From Acidimicrobiales bacterium (GTDB lineage Bacteria; Actinomycetota; Acidimicrobiia; Acidimicrobiales; CADCSY01): a DNA stretch of 48,189 bases. The translations under genes were made by a program, and so were the position numbers. Shown piece after piece: positions 1-8,244 of the stretch. Every line of letters begins with the position of its first letter. Position 1 is the stretch's first letter. Location: NCBI GenBank assembly GCA_038233555.1, contig JBBSLT010000002.1, positions 1-48,189 of the forward strand. The letters run 5' to 3'. The notes below the pieces were generated by a model. The model made no database searches and was not told where the DNA came from. It saw only the letters and a list, made by a program, of their open reading frames with translations.

Positions 1-110
1 ATGGTGCGAGTCGTGACGTGGAGCCGCTCGGCCAGGTCGGCGCCGGTCCAGTCTCGATGGGCCTGGAGCAGGGAGAGCAGACGGAGCAGGCGGCCGGAGG
101 TGTCGCTCAC
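1..110 (-). CDS. HTH transcriptional regulator, N-terminal fragment (YafY/DeoR-like); continues beyond window start
   Basis: Minus-strand translation from GTG (108-110) gives VSDTSGRLLRLLSLLQAHRDWTGADLAERLHVTTRT..., a typical N-terminal winged-HTH of YafY/WYL-type regulators. Divergent to the ABC transporter. Absent from the ORF track because it is cut by the window edge. Confidence 0.45.
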   Translation of the reverse strand, partial: MSDTSGRLLRLLSLLQAHRDWTGADLAERLHVTTRT

Positions 111-152
111 ATTTCTCAGTCTTCCATCTATTGAGGAAGGACTCCTTCCGCA

Positions 153-1913
153 ATGGTTCGTAGGTTGCGAGGTATGACCCAACCACTTCACTCAGGCGAC
201 GGCCTGGCCATCGCCGCCACCGGATTAGTCCGCTCCTTCGACTCCGGGGTTGCCGTGGACGGACTCGACCTGGCCGTGGGCCGGGGTGAGACCTACGGCT
301 TCCTCGGCCCCAACGGCGCCGGGAAGTCGACCACGGTGCGCATGCTGTGCACCTTGCTCGGGCCCACCGGCGGAACGGCCAGCGTGGCCGGCTACGACAT
401 CGTCACTGAGGCCGACCAGGTTCGCTTGCGCATCGGCGTCGCCCTCCAGGACGCAGCGTTGGATCCCAACCAGACGGGCGAGCAGCTCCTCGCCCTCCAG
501 GGCCGCCTCTACGGCCTGTCCCGAGCCCAGATCGCCGAACGAGTCCGGGACCTCGCTGTCCTGGTTGACATCGGCGACGCCCTAGCCCGGCCGATCAGCA
601 CGTACTCCGGCGGCATGCGCCGGCGGCTCGATCTGGCCGCCGCCCTCGTCCACAATCCCGAGGTCCTGTTCCTAGACGAGCCCACCACCGGGCTGGACCC
701 GGAAAGCCGCATGCGGGTGTGGGAGGAGGTGCGGCGGCTCAACCACGACTTCGGCATGACCATCTTCCTCACCACCCAGTACCTCGAAGAAGCCGACGAA
801 CTGGCCGACCGGGTGGGCATCATCGACGCCGGCCGCCTCGTAGCGGAGGGCAGTCCCGACGCCCTCAAGCGCGGCGTGGGCCACGACGTCATCGTCGTGC
901 GGGTCGAGGGTGAGGCAGCGGCCGCCCGGTCGGTGCTCGCCGGCCTCGCTGGTGTGTCCGGGGTCGAGGCCCGGGGCGACGAGTTGGTGATCACCACCGC
1001 CGACGGGGCCTCGGCCATCAGCCCGGTGGCCATCGCCCTCAACGACGCCGCCGTGGGCGTGCGCGACCTGACGCTTCGCACCCCGACCCTCGACGACGTC
1101 TTTCTCGAGCTCACCGGCTCCCGGCTCCGTGCCGCCGACGACGCCGATGGACCTGATTCCCGCCGTCATCCCGCCGGTATTCATCGCCTTCTTCTTCTTC
1201 GTGGTCAACATCGGCACCCTCAAGAACCTCACCGAAGGAAACATCTCCGGCTTCGACTTCACCGCCTTCCAGATGCCCACCGCCGTGCTGTTGGGAGTCA
1301 CCGGCGTGTCTCGGGCCGGGGCCCTGGTCCTCGACGTGCAGAACGGCTACTTCGATCGGCTGCTGCTCACACCGGTGCGGCGCCTAGCCATCCTGCTCGG
1401 CCACATGGTGGCGGACATCACCGTGGCCGCGGCGCTAACCGTGCCCATCATCGCCCTCGGTCTGATCCTCGGTGTGCGCTTCGAAGCCGGCGTGGCCGGC
1501 GTGGCCGTCTTCATCCTCCTGGCCGCCCTGTGGAGCCTGTCCTTCGCCGGCTTCGGCTACGCCGTGGCCCTCAAGACGGGGAACCCGGCGGCGGTCAACT
1601 CGGTGTTCTTGTTGTTCTTCCCGTTCCTGTTCCTCACCTCGTCCTACGTCCCCCGCTCGCAGCTCACCGGCTGGCTCGACACCATCGCCGCCTGGAACCC
1701 GGTGACCTATCTGCTGGAGGGTCTGCGATCTCTGGCGCTTCGGGGCTGGCAGTGGGACGAGCTCGGTCAGGCAGCTCTGGCGCTGGCTATCGTCGGCGCC
1801 ATCAGCATGGCGATGTGCTTCGCTGCCCTGCGAGGCAGGATCCGCCGGGGCTGAGTCCGACGGGGCAAGTACTTCGGGGACAACATCGAGGACCCCAATC
1901 ATCGGCGCTGTGA
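153..1913 (+). CDS. ABC transporter ATP-binding protein (DrrA-like, ABC-2 exporter type); recognisable domain ends near 1130 but the frame stays open to 1913
   Basis: Walker A GPNGAGKST, signature YSGGMRRRL, Walker B VLFLDEPTTGLD, C-terminal TLDDVFLELTG (~1087-1118). After about aa 326 the translation is Arg/Pro/Gly-rich, looks out of frame, and overlaps the permease gene. Confidence 0.85.
   Translation: MVRRLRGMTQPLHSGDGLAIAATGLVRSFDSGVAVDGLDLAVGRGETYGFLGPNGAGKSTTVRMLCTLLGPTGGTASVAGYDIVTEADQVRLRIGVALQDAALDPNQTGEQLLALQGRLYGLSRAQIAERVRDLAVLVDIGDALARPISTYSGGMRRRLDLAAALVHNPEVLFLDEPTTGLDPESRMRVWEEVRRLNHDFGMTIFLTTQYLEEADELADRVGIIDAGRLVAEGSPDALKRGVGHDVIVVRVEGEAAAARSVLAGLAGVSGVEARGDELVITTADGASAISPVAIALNDAAVGVRDLTLRTPTLDDVFLELTGSRLRAADDADGPDSRRHPAGIHRLLLLRGQHRHPQEPHRRKHLRLRLHRLPDAHRRAVGSHRRVSGRGPGPRRAERLLRSAAAHTGAAPSHPARPHGGGHHRGRGANRAHHRPRSDPRCALRSRRGRRGRLHPPGRPVEPVLRRLRLRRGPQDGEPGGGQLGVLVVLPVPVPHLVLRPPLAAHRLARHHRRLEPGDLSAGGSAISGASGLAVGRARSGSSGAGYRRRHQHGDVLRCPARQDPPGLSPTGQVLRGQHRGPQSSAL
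1129..1854 (+). CDS. ABC-2 type transporter permease (DrrB-like), N-terminally short
   Basis: Six hydrophobic segments. The first TM (LIPAVIPPVFIAFFFFVVNIG) starts at residue ~9, so the usual ~20-aa cytoplasmic N-terminus is missing. GTG 1129 or ATG 1147 are possible starts. Confidence 0.75.
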   Translation: MPPTTPMDLIPAVIPPVFIAFFFFVVNIGTLKNLTEGNISGFDFTAFQMPTAVLLGVTGVSRAGALVLDVQNGYFDRLLLTPVRRLAILLGHMVADITVAAALTVPIIALGLILGVRFEAGVAGVAVFILLAALWSLSFAGFGYAVALKTGNPAAVNSVFLLFFPFLFLTSSYVPRSQLTGWLDTIAAWNPVTYLLEGLRSLALRGWQWDELGQAALALAIVGAISMAMCFAALRGRIRRG

Positions 1914-1915
1914 CG

Positions 1916-2455
1916 TCAACCAAATCCCGGTGGAGGCTCCATGCCGGCGTTCCCTGCGTCGACCTCGGTGTCGTAGAGGGCCGAGAAGGCCGAGGCGGCG
2001 GCGCCGAGGACGACTGCTGCGAGAGCGATAGGGCCAGCAATGACCGAGAGCGTGGCCGCTACCGTGACCAGGGCGCCAGCGAGGATCACCGGTGTTCTCA
2101 TCGTGACGGACGCACCCGTACGAAAAGATGACATCGCGGATGCGGGACTTCGGGTTGCTGCGCACATGCTGGTGTACATCACGCCGATGGCGATGACGGC
2201 AACGCCCGCCAGTGCGAGCAACGAGACGACCGCCACCCCGTCGGCGAGTGAAGAAGGCGCTGGCTCGTTCCAGAAGTTGTAGCCGAAGACGAGGCTGTTG
2301 AGTCCAACGACGACCAGGAGATACATGACAAGTACCGGCACGACGGCGAGATGGGCGATGGCGACGCTTCGCCCCGGATGCTTCGCTCCCGCCTGGAAAC
2401 CACGAGCTGCCACGGCGATCCAACTGCTACCCGGTGGCTCCACCTCTGAGTTCAT
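1916..2455 (-). CDS. hypothetical integral membrane protein (about 4 TM segments)
   Basis: 179-aa ORF with long hydrophobic stretches (AHLAVVPVLVMYLLVVVGL, VAVVSLLALAGVAVIAIGV, VILAGALVTVAATLSVIAGPIALAAVVLGAAA) and high GC3. No recognisable family. Confidence 0.5.
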   Translation of the reverse strand: MNSEVEPPGSSWIAVAARGFQAGAKHPGRSVAIAHLAVVPVLVMYLLVVVGLNSLVFGYNFWNEPAPSSLADGVAVVSLLALAGVAVIAIGVMYTSMCAATRSPASAMSSFRTGASVTMRTPVILAGALVTVAATLSVIAGPIALAAVVLGAAASAFSALYDTEVDAGNAGMEPPPGFG

Positions 2456-2577
2456 TCCCGATGTCGCCTTGATGGTCCTCCGAGGGCAGCGAGCACGTCT
2501 TGACGCCCGAGGTACGGGTACTTGGCGAGGGACTCATCGACGGTCTGGCTACCGGCGAGCTGTCCGAGAACGTCCAT
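2452..2577 (-). CDS. 41-aa ORF resembling the C-terminal half of a DUF433 protein (possible gene remnant)
   Basis: MDVLGQLAGSQTVDESLAKYPYLGRQDVLAALGGPSRRHRE resembles the DUF433 C-terminal pattern (..LaaG.s.eeil..YP.L...Di.AAL.Ya). Its TGA overlaps the ATG of the downstream membrane-protein gene (ATGA). Too short for the ORF track. Confidence 0.3.
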   Translation of the reverse strand: MDVLGQLAGSQTVDESLAKYPYLGRQDVLAALGGPSRRHRE

Positions 2578-2585
2578 GGTGCGGA

Positions 2586-2981
2586 TCAGCTGACCACGTC
2601 GATCGTGGCCCCGTGACCAGGGGCGCCGGCGATCCGGGCATCGAGGGTGACGAGGGGGGCATCCAGGGCGAGGGCCACGGCCACGTAGGCGGCGTCATAG
2701 GCGGTGAGGTTCGCCCGGAGCCGCCAGATGGTGGGCAGCAATGGCTCGTGCGGATGGTGGATGACGTCGAGGTCGGCCAAGTCGGCCAGCGCCTCGCCGG
2801 CCCGCTCGGGGTTCAGGTCCCCCGCCGCCACGTAGCGCCGAACGACCTGGGCTACCTCCACGGCCAGCAGATGCGGTGCGTGCACCGTCTGGTCCTCAGG
2901 GGCGAGTCGAGCCGTCACCGCATCAGCGAGCGGCAGAACCAGGAGCCACTCGACGGCGGCGGAGGCGTCGAGCACGATCAC
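2586..2981 (-). CDS. vapC: type II toxin VapC (PIN-domain ribonuclease)
   Basis: N-terminal MIVLDASA (first acidic PIN residue) and later conserved acidic positions (LTAYDAAYVAVA, VTLDARI). 131 aa. 4-nt overlap with the upstream antitoxin gene. Confidence 0.85.
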   Translation of the reverse strand: MIVLDASAAVEWLLVLPLADAVTARLAPEDQTVHAPHLLAVEVAQVVRRYVAAGDLNPERAGEALADLADLDVIHHPHEPLLPTIWRLRANLTAYDAAYVAVALALDAPLVTLDARIAGAPGHGATIDVVS

Positions 2982-3205
2982 CGATCATCCCGCTCGGCTC
3001 GCACCGCGTCGGACGAGGACTGGGAGACGGCGATGCGCTCCCGGGCCTGCACCCGCTCGAGAAGTTCTCTACGGGTCGGACGATCCAGCGACCGCTTCAG
3101 TTCGGCCAGGGCCAGCTCAGACAGGGACCGACCCTCCATGGCGGCGCGTGCCTTCAGACGACGGTGGACCTCGTCGGGCACGTTGCGTATCTGCAGCATC
3201 TTCAT
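2978..3205 (-). CDS. vapB: type II antitoxin VapB (ribbon-helix-helix, FitA/Arc-like)
   Basis: MKMLQIRNVPDEVHRRLKARAAMEGRSLSE is the canonical RHH antitoxin N-terminus. 75 aa. Overlaps the vapC start by 4 nt. Confidence 0.8.
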   Translation of the reverse strand: MKMLQIRNVPDEVHRRLKARAAMEGRSLSELALAELKRSLDRPTRRELLERVQARERIAVSQSSSDAVRAERDDR

Positions 3206-3217
3206 GTGGGAAGCCTA

Positions 3218-3240
3218 GTTTCATGCGATCTGCATGAAAC
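3218..3240. promoter_or_regulatory. perfect 9-bp inverted repeat GTTTCATGC-N5-GCATGAAAC, candidate VapB(C) operator
   Basis: Lies 13-35 nt upstream of the vapB start codon (3205, minus strand) in the vapB/dinG divergent spacer. RHH antitoxins normally autoregulate through such palindromes. Confidence 0.5.
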
Positions 3241-3306
3241 GACAGGAATCGACCTTCGCGCTCGCTGAGTCACTCCCATCGGGGTCAATGCCAGACGGAT
3301 CATCCG

Positions 3307-5298
3307 ATGCCCCTTCGCAAAATGGGTCGCCGGTTACGGTCGACACCGATGGGCAACCACGCTGGCGACCTACGGGCTGTGCTTGCGCAAGTCGTCGCCC
3401 AACTCCCGGGAGGGGGCGAGGAGCGCCCCGGTCAGCTCCAGATGGCCGAGGAGGTGTCCGCCGCCATCCAAGACGGTCATCACCTCCTAGTGCAGGCGGG
3501 CACCGGTACGGGAAAAAGCCTCGGTTACCTGCTCCCGGCTGTCGTCATGGGTGTTCGGTGCGTGGTGGCCACGGCCACCAAGGCCCTCCAGGAGCAGCTC
3601 GTGGCCCACGACCTGCCGTTCCTGCACCGAACCCTCGGCATCGACTTCACCTGGGCGCTGCTCAAGGGCCGGTCCAACTACCTCTGCCAAGCAGCCCTGG
3701 CCGACGCCGTGGGCGAAGCCGCCCAAGGGGTTCTCGTCGAGGGCCCGGGGCTCGACCGCAACCGCCTCGATGCCGTGGTCGAGTGGGAGGCGACCACGGC
3801 CACCGGCGACCGGGCCGATCTGCCCTTCGCCGTGCCCAACCCGGCGTGGGGGAGCCTGTCGGTGAGCGCAGCCGAGTGTCCCGGGGCGCAGCGTTGCGCC
3901 TATGGCGACGACTGCTTCGCCGAGCACGCTCGCTCCCAGGCCGCCCAGGCCGACGTGGTGGTGGTCAACACCCACCTCTACGCCTCCCACCTGGCCAGCG
4001 GCGGGATGGTTCTACCTGACCACGACGTGGTGGTGATCGACGAGGCCCATGCCCTGGAGGACATCGCCGCCGCAACCCTCGGCGCCACCATCACCCCGAG
4101 CCAGGTGGTGCAGGTGGCGCGAGGCGTGCGCTCCCTCTTCACCGGCGACCACCAGTCCATCGCTCCTTTGGAGGCTGCCAGCAGCGGGCTGGCGGGGGTG
4201 CTGGCCGGCCTCGCCGGCCAGCGGGTCGACCCGGCGCAAGGCGACCTGGCCCTGGTGCTCTCAGGCGCTGCTGAAGCGGCCGCCGCGGCCATGGCCGCGG
4301 CCCGGTCCCTGGAGCCGAGCGGTGAGGCTGCCAGCCGCAAGGACCGCCTGGTGGTGCTGGCCGGGGGCCTCGTGAGTGACATCCGCCTTATCGCCGAGCT
4401 CTCCGACGACCAGGTGGCCTGGGTGGAGGACGGCCCCTTTCCAGCCCTGCGGGTGGCACCGATCGATGTGGGTGCGGAGCTGGCCACCAGGTTGTATCCG
4501 GAGACCACGGTGGTGCTCACCAGCGCCACTCTGGCCGTGGGCGGTAGCTTCGACCCGGTGGCCCGCAGCCTCGGCCTCGACCGCCCTGCTCCCGGCGAGG
4601 TCGCCGGGGAGGGCACCGGACCGGGGGTACCCGAGTGGCGGGGCGTCGACGTCGGCAGCCCGTTCGACTATCCCAACCAGGCGTTGCTGTACTGCGCCGC
4701 CCACCTTCCCGATCCCCGCCACGCCGACTACGAGGAGGCCATGCTCCATGAGCTGGAGGCCTTGATCCGAGCCGCCGGGGGCCGCACGCTGGCGCTGTTC
4801 ACCAGCCGCCGGGCCATGGAGGCGGCCCAAGCCCGCCTGACCGAACGCCTGCCCTGGGAGGTCCTGGTGCAAGACAGCCTGCCCCGCCCGCTCCTGCACC
4901 GGGCATTCCTTGACGACGAGACGTCGGTGCTGCTGGCCACCATGGGCTTCTGGCAGGGCTTCGACGCCCCCGGACGCACCTGCTCGCTGGTGGTGGTCGA
5001 CCGGCTGCCGTTCAGTCGCCCTGACGACCCGCAGGCGGCGGCGCGGCGCGAGGCGGCCACTCGGGCTCGCCGCAACGCCTTCGCCGCGGTCGACCTCCCC
5101 CGGGCGGCAATGCTGTTGGCCCAGGGTGCCGGACGACTCATCCGCTCGGCTGACGACCGGGGGGTGGTGGCGGTGCTCGACCGTCGCCTGGCCACGGCGT
5201 CGTACCGCTGGGACCTGGTCCGTAGTCTCCCGCCCATGCGCCGGACCAAGGAGCCAGACGAGGCCCGCCGGGTGCTGGCCGAGATCGCCGCCGGCTGA
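3307..5298 (+). CDS. dinG: ATP-dependent DNA helicase DinG (Rad3/XPD-like, Fe-S type)
   Basis: Walker A QAGTGTGKS, DEAH box VVIDEAHALED, four Cys between them (NYLC, ECPG, RCAY, DDCF) as in the Fe-S helicase domain. C-terminal helicase motifs (ATMGFWQGFD, GAGRLIRS). Confidence 0.85.
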   Translation: MPLRKMGRRLRSTPMGNHAGDLRAVLAQVVAQLPGGGEERPGQLQMAEEVSAAIQDGHHLLVQAGTGTGKSLGYLLPAVVMGVRCVVATATKALQEQLVAHDLPFLHRTLGIDFTWALLKGRSNYLCQAALADAVGEAAQGVLVEGPGLDRNRLDAVVEWEATTATGDRADLPFAVPNPAWGSLSVSAAECPGAQRCAYGDDCFAEHARSQAAQADVVVVNTHLYASHLASGGMVLPDHDVVVIDEAHALEDIAAATLGATITPSQVVQVARGVRSLFTGDHQSIAPLEAASSGLAGVLAGLAGQRVDPAQGDLALVLSGAAEAAAAAMAAARSLEPSGEAASRKDRLVVLAGGLVSDIRLIAELSDDQVAWVEDGPFPALRVAPIDVGAELATRLYPETTVVLTSATLAVGGSFDPVARSLGLDRPAPGEVAGEGTGPGVPEWRGVDVGSPFDYPNQALLYCAAHLPDPRHADYEEAMLHELEALIRAAGGRTLALFTSRRAMEAAQARLTERLPWEVLVQDSLPRPLLHRAFLDDETSVLLATMGFWQGFDAPGRTCSLVVVDRLPFSRPDDPQAAARREAATRARRNAFAAVDLPRAAMLLAQGAGRLIRSADDRGVVAVLDRRLATASYRWDLVRSLPPMRRTKEPDEARRVLAEIAAG

Positions 5299-5319
5299 CC
5301 CGCCGCCCCCGTTCGGGGG

Positions 5320-7170
5320 GTGTCCACCATCGGGACCCCGCGAGCAGGGATACTGACGACGGTGAAGAAGGATCACGGCGGGACATCTGATTCGTTGGTG
5401 GCGACGGTCACCGGCGCCGGCGCGCTCGCCCTGTCGCTGCTGCTCGCACCTTTGCTCCTCAACGGGGAGCAAGCAGCGACCGTGGCGGCCCCCTCGCCGG
5501 CGGGAGCGGTGGCGGCGGTGGCCGAGAGCTACCTCGAAGCCTGGAGCCAGGGCGACCTGACCGCCATGTCGATGCTCCTGTCGGCTACCCCCCCCGACTT
5601 CGACACCATCCACGAGCTGATCGCCGAGCAGCTCCGCCTCGACGACGCCCGGTTCCAAGCGGGTGCTCCCCTGGTGTCCGGCGACGCCGCCGTGGTCCCG
5701 TTCGAGGCCAGCCTCGACCTCGCCGGCCTCGGCACCTGGAGCTACCAAGGGCAACTCGACCTCGTGCTCGGCGTGGTCGAGCCCCCGGTGTTGCGCACCG
5801 CACCGGTGGCCGACGAGGCCGAGGGGGCCATGTCCTCGGTGGCGTCACCTGAAGACCTCCCGCTGAAGGCTGTCGACGCCAAGGTGCCCCGCTGGTCGGT
5901 GGCGTGGTCGCCGGCGACCATCCACCCCGTCCTCGGTACCGGCCAGACCCTGACCAGCGAGCGGGTCGTGGCCGACCGGGCCCCGCTCGTCGACGTCAAA
6001 GGCACCGTGCTCACCGGCGACGACGAGCTGGAGCTGGCGGCGCTGTCGTCCCAGGTGCTGGGCCGCCTGGGTGGGCTCGACGAGGCTGGTGCGGCGACGC
6101 AAGGTCAGCCGTACCTCCCCGGCGACGAGGTGGGGACCTCCGGGCTCCAGTCCGCCTTCGAGTCACAGCTCTCGGGTCGACCTTCGGGCGAGGTTCGCAT
6201 CGTCGACGACGAAGGCGAGCTGGTTGAGGTCGTGCACGTCTTCGCCGGCGAGGAGCCGCAGCCGGTGCAGACGACCTTCGACGCGGAGATCCAGGAGGCG
6301 GCCGAAGCCGCCCTCGCCCGCCTGTCGCACCCGGCGGCACTGGTGGCCATCGACGCCCCCACGGGCCAGATCCGGGCGGTGGCCAGCCGGCCGACGATCG
6401 GCTTCAACCGGGCGCTGGTGGGCCAGTACCCGCCTGGCTCAACCTTCAAGGTGGTCACTACCACCGCCCTGCTCGGCGCCGGGGTGACACCCGAGACGCC
6501 GACCACGTGTCCGGCGACCACATCGGTCGAGGGGTACCGGTTCTCCAACGCCGGAGGCGAGGTGCTCGGCGACATCCCCTTCGGGATGGCCTTCTACCGG
6601 AGCTGTAACACCGCCTTCGTCGGCCTGGCCGACGAGCTCGCCGCCGACGACCTGGTGGCCGCGGCGGAGATGTACGGGTTCAACGGTGACTTCGCCCTGC
6701 CCGTCGCCTCCGAGGCGGGGAGCTTCCCCGATCCTTCGGGGCCCATCGACCAGGCCTCAGCCGCCATCGGCCAGGGGCGGGTGACGGCGACCCCGTTGCA
6801 GATGGCCACCGTCGCCGCCGCCGTAGCCTCAGGAACCTGGCACGAGCCCACCATGGTCCTGCCCACCCCGCCGGCCGACGGGGTGGAGCCGAGTGGCCGA
6901 GCCTTGCCGGCGGGTGTGGCCGCCACCCTCCGAGAGCTGATGCTGTCGGTGGTGAAGGAGGGCACGGCCACGGCGGCCCGGTTGCCGGGAGAGCCGGTGG
7001 GGGGCAAGACCGGTACGGCTGAGTTCGGCACGGCCAGCCCGCCTCGGACCCACGCTTGGTTCATCGGCTTTCGGGGCGACCTGGCCGTGGCCGTGCTGGT
7101 CGAAGACGCCGGCTTCGGCGGCTCGGTGGCTGCCCCCGTCGCCCGCAACTTCTTCGCCGCCCTCGATTAG
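5320..7170 (+). CDS. penicillin-binding protein, transpeptidase domain (class B-like) with N-terminal TM anchor and NTF2/MecA_N-like region
   Basis: Active-site motifs STFK (GSTFKVVT), SCN (YRSCNTAF) and KTGT (GGKTGTAEF). Hydrophobic anchor GAGALALSLLLAPLLL. Confidence 0.85.
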   Translation: MSTIGTPRAGILTTVKKDHGGTSDSLVATVTGAGALALSLLLAPLLLNGEQAATVAAPSPAGAVAAVAESYLEAWSQGDLTAMSMLLSATPPDFDTIHELIAEQLRLDDARFQAGAPLVSGDAAVVPFEASLDLAGLGTWSYQGQLDLVLGVVEPPVLRTAPVADEAEGAMSSVASPEDLPLKAVDAKVPRWSVAWSPATIHPVLGTGQTLTSERVVADRAPLVDVKGTVLTGDDELELAALSSQVLGRLGGLDEAGAATQGQPYLPGDEVGTSGLQSAFESQLSGRPSGEVRIVDDEGELVEVVHVFAGEEPQPVQTTFDAEIQEAAEAALARLSHPAALVAIDAPTGQIRAVASRPTIGFNRALVGQYPPGSTFKVVTTTALLGAGVTPETPTTCPATTSVEGYRFSNAGGEVLGDIPFGMAFYRSCNTAFVGLADELAADDLVAAAEMYGFNGDFALPVASEAGSFPDPSGPIDQASAAIGQGRVTATPLQMATVAAAVASGTWHEPTMVLPTPPADGVEPSGRALPAGVAATLRELMLSVVKEGTATAARLPGEPVGGKTGTAEFGTASPPRTHAWFIGFRGDLAVAVLVEDAGFGGSVAAPVARNFFAALD

Positions 7171-7227
7171 CCCTGGGCGACTAGCCCTGCGGCCGGCGAA
7201 GAGCGTGACCGCCGTAGCGTTGGGGAC

Positions 7228-8202
7228 GTGGCCCCCCGCACGCGCGTCGTCGCGCTCGTCGTCGTGGCCTTGACGGCGCTGGGCTGTTCGGGTGGCGAGA
7301 GCACCGGCGGGGCGATGGACCGAGACCGAGAGGTCTCTACCACCACCACCGCCCCTCCGCCGGTGCGCGACGTCAGCAGCTACACGGGACTCGGCGCCTG
7401 GATCGACGTGTTCGACTACGCCCCCGCCTACCAGGATCCGGGCGAGTTCCCCAGCGTCTCGCCCGACGCCGTCGACGTGCTCGCTGGCTACGGCGTCGAG
7501 ACCCTCTACTTCCAAGCCGCCCGCCTCGACCCCCGCAGTCCTGGCGGCATCGTCGATCGGGAGCTGGTCGGGGAGTTCTTGGCCCGGGCCCGCAACGCCG
7601 GCATCCGGGTGGTGGGCTGGTACCTGCCCAAGTTCGCCGACCTGGAGGCCGACATGGCACGCGTCGAGATGATCCGGGACTTCGAGTTCCGAGGCCACCG
7701 CTTCGACGGGGTGGCGCTGGACATCGAGTGGCGCAGCGACGTGCCTGATCATGCCGAGCGCAACGCCCGCCTGGTCGAGCTGTCCCGCCGGTTGCGCGAC
7801 CGGATGGGCGACGAGGCCCTGGGCGCGATCGTGCCGCCCCCGGTCCTGCTCGAGGTGGTCAACCCCGACAACTGGCCCGACTTCCCCTGGCCCGAGCTGG
7901 CCGGCCTCTACGACGTGTGGATGCCCATGAGCTACTGGACGCTGCGCACCTCGTCGTCGGGCTACCGCGACGGCTACACCTACACCGACGAGAACATCCG
8001 CCGCATGCGGGCCAACCTGGGGGATCCGGCGGCGCTGGTCCACCCCATCGGAGGCATCGCCGACGAGGCGACGGCGGAGGCGACCCTCGGCTTCCTGCGC
8101 GCGGCCGAGGAGGCTGATTCCATCGGGTCGTCGTTGTACGACTTCGACACCACGTCGGTCGGCGGTTGGGAGATCCTCACCGGGGCCACGAGTTCGCCGT
8201 AG
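7228..8202 (+). CDS. lipoprotein of unknown function (possibly glycoside-hydrolase-like TIM barrel)
   Basis: Signal peptide with lipobox (VVVALTALGCSGG). The body resembles uncharacterised GHL/DUF4015-type proteins (GVALDIEW, YDVWMPMSYW). The fold assignment is tentative. Confidence 0.6.
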   Translation: MAPRTRVVALVVVALTALGCSGGESTGGAMDRDREVSTTTTAPPPVRDVSSYTGLGAWIDVFDYAPAYQDPGEFPSVSPDAVDVLAGYGVETLYFQAARLDPRSPGGIVDRELVGEFLARARNAGIRVVGWYLPKFADLEADMARVEMIRDFEFRGHRFDGVALDIEWRSDVPDHAERNARLVELSRRLRDRMGDEALGAIVPPPVLLEVVNPDNWPDFPWPELAGLYDVWMPMSYWTLRTSSSGYRDGYTYTDENIRRMRANLGDPAALVHPIGGIADEATAEATLGFLRAAEEADSIGSSLYDFDTTSVGGWEILTGATSSP

Positions 8203-8244
8203 GCGATCCCGGCCAACTCCTTCCGCTGAACGAGACTGACGCCC

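Noticed and set aside
3307-5298. DinG helicase next to vapBC as a possible phage-defence module
   Set aside because: The protein has the standard housekeeping DinG layout (Fe-S Cys cluster, DEAH box, no extra nuclease or effector domain). It is transcribed divergently from vapBC. There are no other defence-type genes nearby.
4261-5754. 497-aa minus-strand ORF antisense to dinG and the PBP gene
   Set aside because: Arg/Gly/Pro/His-rich composition typical of shadow frames in high-GC DNA. Fully overlapped by two genes with clear catalytic motifs.
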